Of a stretch of DNA of 64,000 bases, positions 40,476-48,793 are shown piece after piece. Position 1 is the first letter of the stretch. Every line of letters begins with the position of its first letter. Source of the stretch: Mageeibacillus sp. UBA3781 (GTDB taxonomy: Bacteria > Bacillota > Clostridia > Saccharofermentanales > Saccharofermentanaceae). The notes below the pieces were generated by a model. It worked only from the letters and a program-made list of their open reading frames with translations. It did not search any database and was not told the origin of the DNA. Position numbers and translations under genes: made by a program. The stretch is taken from positions 10,863 through 74,862 of the forward strand of contig DFFH01000130.1 in NCBI GenBank assembly GCA_002368805.1. Reading direction: 5' to 3'.

Positions 40476-41045
40476 TCAGAACTTGAAGATTTTAAAATCG
40501 GAAAGACCGAGTTTGATGTTCAATCCAAGCACGTCGTGATGGTTAACAATAAAGAACACCAGAAGCGCAATTGAAACAAGAACTATAAGCACACCGACAA
40601 AGCGCGGCATTCTTGTCGTATTAGTAACATTCGTTTTTGCGATACGATCGTGATAGGTCTGTGAATCGATATTAGAAGAGCCGGAGAGATAGGAAAAAAT
40701 AGCCGGAACAACTGTAAACAGGCAGATCACTTTAAAGAAACTGCGCAGGATGCAGTAGATCATCGAGTTTCCTCTATGGAAGTCAACATCACAGTTCATT
40801 GCGAGTTTGCCGGGTGTCGTCGCAAAGATCCTTACAAGAAGCACATCCAGTACAAAGTATGTAATGACCATAATAATAAGAAGTTTTACAAGCTGATCTC
40901 TTGAAAGCACTGCTTCCTCAACTTCACTATCGATTTCCGAGAAAGAAAATGTCAGCATCGCGATTCCGCTGGCAAGGCCTAAAAAAGTTAAAAGATCCAA
41001 AATTACCGCAAAGAAACGGTCTATCATTGAAGCATTGGTATTCAT
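40476..41045 (-). CDS. RDD family membrane protein
   Basis: RFFAVILD, TPGK, ILRS and YHDRIAKT motifs with several TM helices. It has its own promoter, TTGACG-17-TATATT. Confidence 0.85.
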   Translation of the reverse strand: MNTNASMIDRFFAVILDLLTFLGLASGIAMLTFSFSEIDSEVEEAVLSRDQLVKLLIIMVITYFVLDVLLVRIFATTPGKLAMNCDVDFHRGNSMIYCILRSFFKVICLFTVVPAIFSYLSGSSNIDSQTYHDRIAKTNVTNTTRMPRFVGVLIVLVSIALLVFFIVNHHDVLGLNIKLGLSDFKIFKF

Positions 41046-41097
41046 AATCTACCCCCCCTTGTTTCTTAACTCAATATAGCACTCCCCCAAAAACGCG

Positions 41098-41550
41098 TCA
41101 ATTCGACGAGGTGCCGTAATAGAAAAAACACTTTAGAATATCACCGGACTCCCAGCGGAAATTGATGGACTGGAACTGTCCGGGACGAAGCGGAGTATAT
41201 TTCTGTTCATCATTACAATGTGTCACGGAAACAAACTCCGGATCCTCAGGAATATTCTCTTTTGAGAAGAATCCGAGAAGTTCTTTATCATTTAAGGAAA
41301 ACTGGGCATTCGTGCAGTTCTCGGGTACGAGTATGTCCATACGGAAACGCGCCGGCTTATCCATAAGAAACAGAAATCCCAGTACCGCTCTGTCTTCTTT
41401 CGGATAGCTCACCCGCTGGCTGACGGTGATCTCACTTCCATCGAGGGTAAAGTGATACTCCTTATCTTCCAGTTCACTGACGGCGATCCCCGTAAAAAGA
41501 TCGCCTTTTATCACCTGTTCATTTTCTCCGCTATTCATACTTATGCTCAC
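41098..41550 (-). CDS. Small protein resembling an isolated GH127/GH146 beta-sandwich domain
   Basis: SYPKEDRAVL, FRMDILVPE and INFRWESGDIL resemble the YPW..LRIP.W..R.W..GD pattern. GTGA overlap with the upstream gene. Confidence 0.6.
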   Translation of the reverse strand: MSISMNSGENEQVIKGDLFTGIAVSELEDKEYHFTLDGSEITVSQRVSYPKEDRAVLGFLFLMDKPARFRMDILVPENCTNAQFSLNDKELLGFFSKENIPEDPEFVSVTHCNDEQKYTPLRPGQFQSINFRWESGDILKCFFYYGTSSN

Positions 41551-42788
41551 TGATCCTTTCCCGATTTTTCACTGGTATCGGAAGATTCATTCTTATCATC
41601 TTTCTTCTTCGGGACGACGGTCGGTTCCAGCCGTTCTCCGGCCTTGTAACGGGAGATCGGAACACAGTCCTTCGAGCCTTTCTCGACCGCTTTCACGATG
41701 ATAAATGCTACGACATTGATCCTTGTCTGGAGTCTGTCTTCCTCGATCGCTTCTTTCAGAAGTTCGGAAGAATCCAGCGGCGTATCCCTGACTGCTCCGT
41801 TATATTCCTGAAGCGAGAGGTTTTTCGTCTCTTTCATATCGGAAAGCTTCGTAAAGTTATAGTCAGAGGATTCGAAGAAAACGACCGGTATAGACTGGCT
41901 GTCAAAAATGGAATAATCCGATCTTACTCTGGTAACTTCACGGTACTCGTCATTAATGAGATCTCCGTTCACATCAAAGTTCAGAAGGGACATGTTGTAA
42001 TACAGATCCGTGCCTGTCTGAGAGTACAGACTGTTTTCATATGCCACATCATATGCTTCGTAGAGTTTTCTTCGGAACGAGTATTTATTTCCCTCCACCA
42101 GTGAAGAATGACCGGCATGCGCATAGAGCTTGTCTCCCGCATAGATACTCTCTATGCAGTACATACACTCGATGCTCTTCTTCTCGTCTTCCGATAAGGA
42201 ACTCAAGAATACACTTGCGCCGCGGTAATTAGATGATGACGCGCCAAAAGCAACAATAATGACGTCATAGGCATACTTGTGGCCAAACATCTGCTTGGCG
42301 GCTGTGATCAGGGCTCCGACTCCGCATGCGTTGTTCTGTATTCCATCATAATTCGGATAAGATTCTCTCTGTTCATAGGAAATCGGAGCATCATAATGTG
42401 CCCCGATCACGACGGTCTTATGCACCTCATCATACTCGCCGAAGGAGTCACGCTGCATAAAGCCTTCTCCGGGGATCCGCACAATATAATTACAGGAGAC
42501 CTGCTGCTTTTCTCCGCCCTGGACCACCTGACTTTCGACCTCATAGCCGATATCTTCAAGTTCTTTTTTGATCATCAAACCGGCGCCCTGCTCTCCCGCG
42601 GAAAAAGCACTTCTATAAGGAAATGTCTTCGCAAGTTTCAAAGCAAAATCCGCGCCGTAAGGACCAAACGCGGCCGGCTTGACCTTTTCTTTCTTCTTGC
42701 CGCAGGAACTAAGGGATACCATCATCGTGACGCACAAAAGTGCGGAAATGATCCTCTGTCCGGCTTTATGTGTTCTTTTTTCTTTCAT
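41547..42788 (-). CDS. M28 peptidase-like lipoprotein with degenerate metal site
   Basis: Lipobox SLSSC, VIGAHYD, GIQNNACGV and RSDY. The EE motif is replaced by SS. Confidence 0.8.
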   Translation of the reverse strand: MKEKRTHKAGQRIISALLCVTMMVSLSSCGKKKEKVKPAAFGPYGADFALKLAKTFPYRSAFSAGEQGAGLMIKKELEDIGYEVESQVVQGGEKQQVSCNYIVRIPGEGFMQRDSFGEYDEVHKTVVIGAHYDAPISYEQRESYPNYDGIQNNACGVGALITAAKQMFGHKYAYDVIIVAFGASSSNYRGASVFLSSLSEDEKKSIECMYCIESIYAGDKLYAHAGHSSLVEGNKYSFRRKLYEAYDVAYENSLYSQTGTDLYYNMSLLNFDVNGDLINDEYREVTRVRSDYSIFDSQSIPVVFFESSDYNFTKLSDMKETKNLSLQEYNGAVRDTPLDSSELLKEAIEEDRLQTRINVVAFIIVKAVEKGSKDCVPISRYKAGERLEPTVVPKKKDDKNESSDTSEKSGKDQ

Positions 42789-42803
42789 CTGTACTCCTGT
42801 TAT

Positions 42804-43838
42804 TTACCTTCCGCCATCATCGCATATCACATCGAGTTTTTCCGAGAAAAACAGCAGCGCTTCGGCCTGAGTCATTATCGTCTTATGTATGGTTCCGTTT
42901 CCGGAAGCACGGATCACAGGGATCTCATCCTTATAGGAAGCAAGTTCTTTCATGATCCGCCGCAGTAACGAATCCTTGGACACGCCTTCCAGTTTTCTCG
43001 GAAAACCCAACATATCATAGAGCCGGAAAAGCGGCTCGGAAGGATTCATGGAAGCAACGGCGAAAGCCAGCGCCTCTCCCTCCGAATAACGGAGAAAACG
43101 GAAATGCTGAAGGATCGCTTCTTTTATCTCTTTTCCAAATTCAAAAGCCATCGGCTCTATCTCGCGTATCCTGGCCTTGGCCAGATAGCATTCATCGATC
43201 GTGATGAACATATCCGACTTATTTACCAGCCTGTTCAGAAGCGTGATCTGATCAAGCATCGCATAACGGATGATCTGAGCATATCCGTTCTTCATGAAAG
43301 ATTCCGGCACCGTCGAAAGGAAATCGACATCCATAATAACAGCGACCGGCTGGCACTTGACGCTGACACAGTCTTTATGGCTCATATAATTGAGATACGT
43401 CGTATCCGCTTCGGCAGATTCCAGCATGCCCATCAGTGTCGTCGGAACAAGGCAGTATGTCAGGCCTCCGAGAAATGTCGAAGCTACAAATGCCGTAACA
43501 TCCAGGATAGAGCCGCCGCCCCAGCCCACGAGAAGATCATCTCCGGAAAAGGAGATATCCATCAGACGCTCAAATACCTGCATCACAACATCGAAATTCT
43601 TGGAAGACTGTCTTCCATCGATGACGATCACCGTCGGCTTGATGCCGCGGCTCTCCAGCTCGGAGATAAAAGTCGTGTGGTGAAGCCCGTTCACTTCTTT
43701 ATCTGTTACGATCGCTACCTGAGGCGTCTTCTCGGAAGACATTTTACGCACCAGATCGATCAGGCAGGAATATGCCATATCCCGACCGCACTCGATCGGA
43801 TATGTACACCGGCTCTCAACACGCTTTACCGTTGCCAT
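42804..43838 (-). CDS. 3-dehydroquinate synthase (AroB)-like protein lacking catalytic residues
   Basis: YPI, IVTD, GGGSILD, VPTTL, QPVAVIMD and GEAL fold motifs. The Zn ligands are lost. Confidence 0.85.
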   Translation of the reverse strand: MATVKRVESRCTYPIECGRDMAYSCLIDLVRKMSSEKTPQVAIVTDKEVNGLHHTTFISELESRGIKPTVIVIDGRQSSKNFDVVMQVFERLMDISFSGDDLLVGWGGGSILDVTAFVASTFLGGLTYCLVPTTLMGMLESAEADTTYLNYMSHKDCVSVKCQPVAVIMDVDFLSTVPESFMKNGYAQIIRYAMLDQITLLNRLVNKSDMFITIDECYLAKARIREIEPMAFEFGKEIKEAILQHFRFLRYSEGEALAFAVASMNPSEPLFRLYDMLGFPRKLEGVSKDSLLRRIMKELASYKDEIPVIRASGNGTIHKTIMTQAEALLFFSEKLDVICDDGGR

Positions 43839-43984
43839 GGCTATTCCTCCCTTTTGTTTTCCGTATTTATCCTAGATATGATAACACTTTTACGGATAAC
43901 TTTGTATAAAAAAGTATAAGACAGGTGCTTTTGCCGAAGTATTATGTGATAAAATAGGTTGTTAATAATATCAGGAAGAGGTTA

Positions 43985-45466
43985 ATGAATATGCCTATTA
44001 CTAATCCGGCTATCCGCACGCGTTTCGCCCCGAGTCCAACGGGCTTCATGCATGTCGGAAACCTAAGGACCGCGCTTTATGAATACCTGATCGCCAAGTC
44101 TCTCGGCGGTACATTTGTACTTCGCATCGAGGATACGGACCAGGAACGCTATGTGGACGGCGCGGTGGATATCATCTATAAGACGCTGAAGACCGCAGGT
44201 CTCGTCCATGACGAAGGACCGGATATCGGCGGCGAATACGGACCTTATGTCCAGAGCGAGCGTATGGATCTTTATAAGCCGTATGCCGAGGAACTTGTAA
44301 AAAACGGACATGCCTACTACTGCTTCTGCAGTAAAGAGCGTCTGGCTTCCCTTCATGAAGAAGGCGGTGTCGAGGGCGGCTACGACCGTCACTGCCGTGA
44401 TCTTTCCGAGGAAGAGATCAAGAAGAACCTTGACGCCGGCATCCCGTACGTTATCCGTCAGAAGATGCCGCTTACCGGTGAGACAACATTCCATGACTGC
44501 GTATATGGCGATATCACCGTACAGAACAAAGAACTCGAGGATCAGATCCTCCTGAAGGCGGACGGATATCCGACATATAACTTCGCTAATATCATTGATG
44601 ACCACCTGATGAAGATCTCACACGTGGTACGTGGTTCCGAATATCTCTCCTCCACACCGAAGTATAACCTCTGCTACGAGGCATTCGGCTGGGAGATCCC
44701 GACATATGTGCACCTTCCCCTGATCCAGGGAAAGAACGCTGACGGCACAGTCAGCAAGCTCAGTAAGCGTCACGGCTCCACGGGATTTGAGGATCTTGTC
44801 GCACAGGGATTCCTGCCGGAAGCGATCATCAACTATATTGCCCTTCTCGGCTGGTGCCCGAAGGACAATCAGGAGATCTTCTCACTTCCGGAACTCTGCG
44901 AAGCCTTTGATATCAACGGCATCAGCAAGTCTCCTTCTGTCTTCGACTATGACAAGCTGGAGTGGTTCAACGGAGAATATATCCGTAAGATGAGCCAGGA
45001 GGAATTCATCGAGTTCAGTAAGCCCGAGCTTGCTAAATTCCCGATGATCACAGAGGATTTGTATCCGCTTTTTGCCGAGATCATGCAGCCCCGTATCACG
45101 AGACTTCCGCAGATCTCCGAGAAGCTCGGCTTCCTTCTGAAGCTGGCCGATTACGATCTGGAGCTCTATGTTCATAAGAAGAGCAAGACGACCAAGGAAG
45201 GCTCTCTGGAGATGCTCAATGCCGTTCTTCCGATCCTCGAGACGATCGAGTGGACGAAGGATTCCATTTCCGAGTGTCTGACCGGATTTGCCGAGGGACT
45301 GGGCGTGAAGAACGCACTGGTCATGTGGCCGGTACGTATCGCCGCTTCCGGCACGGCAGTAACTCCAGGCGGTGCCGTCGAGGTCCTTCTCCTTCTCGGT
45401 AAGGAAGAAGCCCTGAAGCGTATCGAATCCGGACGACAGCGACTCTCAGCTGCACTTTCACAATAA
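43985..45466 (+). CDS. gltX: Glutamyl-tRNA synthetase
   Basis: RFAPSPTG, HVGN, RIEDTD and KLSKR motifs. Confidence 0.98.
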   Translation: MNMPITNPAIRTRFAPSPTGFMHVGNLRTALYEYLIAKSLGGTFVLRIEDTDQERYVDGAVDIIYKTLKTAGLVHDEGPDIGGEYGPYVQSERMDLYKPYAEELVKNGHAYYCFCSKERLASLHEEGGVEGGYDRHCRDLSEEEIKKNLDAGIPYVIRQKMPLTGETTFHDCVYGDITVQNKELEDQILLKADGYPTYNFANIIDDHLMKISHVVRGSEYLSSTPKYNLCYEAFGWEIPTYVHLPLIQGKNADGTVSKLSKRHGSTGFEDLVAQGFLPEAIINYIALLGWCPKDNQEIFSLPELCEAFDINGISKSPSVFDYDKLEWFNGEYIRKMSQEEFIEFSKPELAKFPMITEDLYPLFAEIMQPRITRLPQISEKLGFLLKLADYDLELYVHKKSKTTKEGSLEMLNAVLPILETIEWTKDSISECLTGFAEGLGVKNALVMWPVRIAASGTAVTPGGAVEVLLLLGKEEALKRIESGRQRLSAALSQ

Positions 45467-45542
45467 GAGAAAGCACAAGTGCTTTTCAAAAAAGAAAAAC
45501 TATACGCACAAAGACGTGCGAAAAGAAAGCGAGAGTAATAAC

Positions 45543-47207
45543 ATGAGCGAATATAAGAGTTTTATACATGAAGCAATTGAAGAAGATATCGGACCGGGCG
45601 GACGTTACGAAGGTAAGCGTGTACATACCCGTTTCCCACCGGAGCCGAACGGATATCTTCATATCGGTCATGCAAAAGCACTGGAGATCGACTTCGGTAT
45701 GGCAGAACAGTACGGCGGCCTCTGTAACCTCCGTATGGACGATACCAATCCGACCAAAGAAGATGAAGAATATGTAGAAGCTATCAAAGAAGATATCAAG
45801 TGGCTCGGTCATGACTGGGACGACCGCTTCTACTATGCATCTTCCTACTTTGATAAGATGTACGAATATGCGGTAGAGCTCATCAAAAAGGGTCTGGCTT
45901 ATGTCTGCCAGCTGACTCCTGAAGAAATGAAGGAGCACAGAGGTGACCTGACACACCCTGCAACGAGCCCATACCGTGACCGTCCGATCGAAGAGAGTCT
46001 GGATCTCTTTGAGAGAATGAAGAACGGTGAATTTGAAGACGGTGCCATGACACTTCGTGCGAAGATCGATCTGGCTTCCGGTAACTTTAATATGCGTGAC
46101 CCTGCGATCTATCGAATCAACCATATGCGTCACCATAACACAGGCGACAAATGGTGCATCTACCCGATGTACGACTTCGCTCACCCGATCGAAGATGCTC
46201 TTGAAGGTATCACACACTCCCTCTGCTCCCTCGAGTTTGAGGCTCACAGACCGCTCTATGACTGGGTCATCGAGAATGTGTCCGTTCCTTCCAAACCGCG
46301 TCAGATCGAGTTTGCAAGACTCGGCATCACACATACGGTCCTCTCCAAGAGAAAGCTCCGTAACATGGTCGAGACCGGTCTGGTAGATGGATGGGACGAT
46401 CCGCGTATGCCAACCCTCTGCGGACTGCGCCGCCGTGGATACACACCGGCATCGATCCACAATTTCCATTCCAGAAATGGTATCTCCAAGGTAAATGCGG
46501 TGGTTGACTATGCATTCCTGGAGTACTGCCTGCGTGAAGATCTTAATGCGACAGCAAAGCGTGTCATGGGTGTCGTTCATCCGGTAAAGCTGATCATCGA
46601 TAACTATCCGGAAGATATGACTGAAACCTTTACCGTCGAGAATAACCCGGAACGTCCAGAGGATGGAACGCGTGAAGTTTCCTTCTCCAAGGAACTCTGG
46701 ATCGAAGCGGATGACTTTATGGAAGTTCCGGAAAAGAAATACTTCCGTCTCTTCCCGGGAAATGAAGTCAGACTTAAGTCCGCTTATGTCATCAAGTGCA
46801 CAGGCTGCGACAAAGATGAAAACGGCAATGTGACCGCAGTTCATGCCGAGTACGAAGAGTCCAGCCGTGGCGGCAATCCTGCAGACGGACGCCGTATCAA
46901 GGCAACGATCCACTGGGTAGATACAAAGACTGCGCTGGATGCGACTGTACGTCTCTATGACCGTCTCTTTACCGTAGAAGCGCCGGACCTCGCAGATTGC
47001 AATTATCTCGATTACATCAATCCGGACTCCCTCAAAGTGGTAGAAGGCGCGAAAGTCGAGGCTTCCCTCGCTGATGCCAAGCCCGCAGACAGATTCCAGT
47101 TCTTAAGACTTGGTTACTTCTGCATGGACACCAAGGATAGCAAACCAGGAAAGCTCGTCTTTAACAGAAGTGTTTCACTGAAAGACAGCTACAAGCCGCA
47201 GTCCTGA
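45543..47207 (+). CDS. glnS: Glutaminyl-tRNA synthetase
   Basis: RFPPEPNGYLHIGH, YPMYDFAH, LSKRKL, WDDPRMPT and FQFLRLGYF motifs. Confidence 0.97.
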   Translation: MSEYKSFIHEAIEEDIGPGGRYEGKRVHTRFPPEPNGYLHIGHAKALEIDFGMAEQYGGLCNLRMDDTNPTKEDEEYVEAIKEDIKWLGHDWDDRFYYASSYFDKMYEYAVELIKKGLAYVCQLTPEEMKEHRGDLTHPATSPYRDRPIEESLDLFERMKNGEFEDGAMTLRAKIDLASGNFNMRDPAIYRINHMRHHNTGDKWCIYPMYDFAHPIEDALEGITHSLCSLEFEAHRPLYDWVIENVSVPSKPRQIEFARLGITHTVLSKRKLRNMVETGLVDGWDDPRMPTLCGLRRRGYTPASIHNFHSRNGISKVNAVVDYAFLEYCLREDLNATAKRVMGVVHPVKLIIDNYPEDMTETFTVENNPERPEDGTREVSFSKELWIEADDFMEVPEKKYFRLFPGNEVRLKSAYVIKCTGCDKDENGNVTAVHAEYEESSRGGNPADGRRIKATIHWVDTKTALDATVRLYDRLFTVEAPDLADCNYLDYINPDSLKVVEGAKVEASLADAKPADRFQFLRLGYFCMDTKDSKPGKLVFNRSVSLKDSYKPQS

Positions 47208-47232
47208 TCCTTACATGAAACCGGTAAAAACA

Positions 47233-47270
47233 AAAGAGGCGCTTCTTGATCGAGGCGCCTCTTCTCTTTT
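47233..47270 (+). terminator. glnS terminator
   Basis: AAGAGGCGC...GCGCCTCTT hairpin plus a pyrimidine tract. Confidence 0.75.
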
Positions 47271-47297
47271 CTCTTTATGCTTGAACAATATGCAAAT

Positions 47298-47334
47298 TAA
47301 AAAGCACTGTCACATTACCTGCAACAGTGCTTTT
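47298..47334 (-). terminator. sepF terminator
   Basis: AAAAGCACTGT...ACAGTGCTTTT. Confidence 0.75.
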
Positions 47335-47354
47335 CTATTTATAATTTGAATAAA

Positions 47355-47873
47355 TCAGAGTACCTGACGATACTGGTTTGCCTGAGCCTGCTCAGCTTCC
47401 TGCTTAGCAAGAGCATCACGGTCCATAAGAGCAACTGTTCTCGGAGCAACTACGAAAGTCTTTCTGTTCTGATCGATCGGCTTAACATTACCATCGATAG
47501 AATAAGCTGCACCGGAGATATAGTCGATTACACGCTGTGCAACGGAACGATCAACATTCTCGATGTTGCAGATTACTGTGTGACCTGCACGGATGTGATC
47601 ACAAACCTGCTGAGAAGAACGGATGCTATCCGGCTGAAGGATAACTACCTGAGTATCTGTAGCCTGTACACTCTTGATCGGTACGATACGATTGCTGTTC
47701 ATTTCCGGAATCGGAAGCGGTTCCATATCAGCGTAATCGCTCTCTTCTACATGAAGACCATCGAGGTTTTCATCCTGGTACTCATCCTCATAAATTCCGT
47801 CTTCACCCTCGTAATAATCATTGTTGTCAACGCCTGCGATCTTGTTCACGAGACTATTCCAAAAACCTGCCAT
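47355..47873 (-). CDS. sepF: Cell division protein SepF
   Basis: AQRVIDYISGAAYSIDG and FVVAP motifs. Amphipathic N-terminus. Lies downstream of yggS. Confidence 0.93.
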   Translation of the reverse strand: MAGFWNSLVNKIAGVDNNDYYEGEDGIYEDEYQDENLDGLHVEESDYADMEPLPIPEMNSNRIVPIKSVQATDTQVVILQPDSIRSSQQVCDHIRAGHTVICNIENVDRSVAQRVIDYISGAAYSIDGNVKPIDQNRKTFVVAPRTVALMDRDALAKQEAEQAQANQYRQVL

Positions 47874-47935
47874 AACTACCTCCAAAATTTACTGCTACAG
47901 TGCTTCTGAGCACTTGCGAATTTCACTATGAGGTT

Positions 47936-47964
47936 AGTATAGAACTACGTTTTTTCGCTTTCAA
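47936..47964 (-). promoter_or_regulatory. SigA promoter of sepF
   Basis: TTGAAA-17 bp-TATACT. Confidence 0.7.
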
Positions 47965-48062
47965 TAGAATCGGATCAAAGGTAAATAACATGTAACTTTG
48001 ACATATTCCATGTAATTTTGCTGAAACATATTAAAGTTTTCATGTAACATTTTGTGTAATAA

Positions 48063-48791
48063 TCACACAGGATCCGGATAGTCACGCTTTCCGAAGATCG
48101 CTGTCCCGATACGCACATGTGTCGCACCGCAGATGATGGCATCCTTATAATCTCCGCTCATTCCCATCGAGAGATACTTCCAGGAAGAATTATCCGCACC
48201 AAGTGTTTTTAAATCATCAAAAAGCACTTTCGCCTTCTCAAAGACTTCTCTCGCCTGTCCTTCCTTCTGCTGGATCGGCGCCATCGTCATGAGGCCGCAG
48301 ACCTGAAGGGATGGAAGAGCGAGGATATCTGAAAACTGCGACTTCACTTCTTCCTCGGTAAAGCCATGCTTACTCTCCTCGCCGGACACGTTTACTTCCA
48401 GAAGGATCTTCGCTTCTATGTCTTTTGCCTGATATCTTTTCGAGATCTCTTTGGCAAGAGAAATCGTATCCACAGAGTGGATCAGGTACGGATCTCCCGC
48501 GATCATTCGTACTTTACGGCTCTGAATAGTACCGATGAGATGCCAGTTCGGATGGATCCCCTCCTGATCCAGCGTCTCTTTTTTCGCATGAAGTTCCTCA
48601 GGTCTGTTCTCACCGAGATCTGTAAGGCCAAGGGAAAAAGCCTGTGCTGCATATTCTGCAGGGAAAAACTTGGAAACACCGATAAGCGTGATTTCTTTCG
48701 GATCTCTTCCCGCTTCTCTTGCGGCATCCGCGATCTGCCCGCGGACCTTCTCTATATTTTCCTTCATCTGTTCCGGACTATACATATTCAT
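48063..48791 (-). CDS. yggS: YggS family PLP-binding protein
   Basis: GVSK, GENR, WHLIG, SKHG, GLMTMAP and SMGMSGD..HVRIGT motifs. Confidence 0.95.
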   Translation of the reverse strand: MNMYSPEQMKENIEKVRGQIADAAREAGRDPKEITLIGVSKFFPAEYAAQAFSLGLTDLGENRPEELHAKKETLDQEGIHPNWHLIGTIQSRKVRMIAGDPYLIHSVDTISLAKEISKRYQAKDIEAKILLEVNVSGEESKHGFTEEEVKSQFSDILALPSLQVCGLMTMAPIQQKEGQAREVFEKAKVLFDDLKTLGADNSSWKYLSMGMSGDYKDAIICGATHVRIGTAIFGKRDYPDPV

Positions 48792-48793
48792 GG

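Noticed and set aside
43985..47207. GlnRS in a Firmicute, next to gltX
   Set aside because: GlnRS is known in many Clostridia, so it is not unusual.
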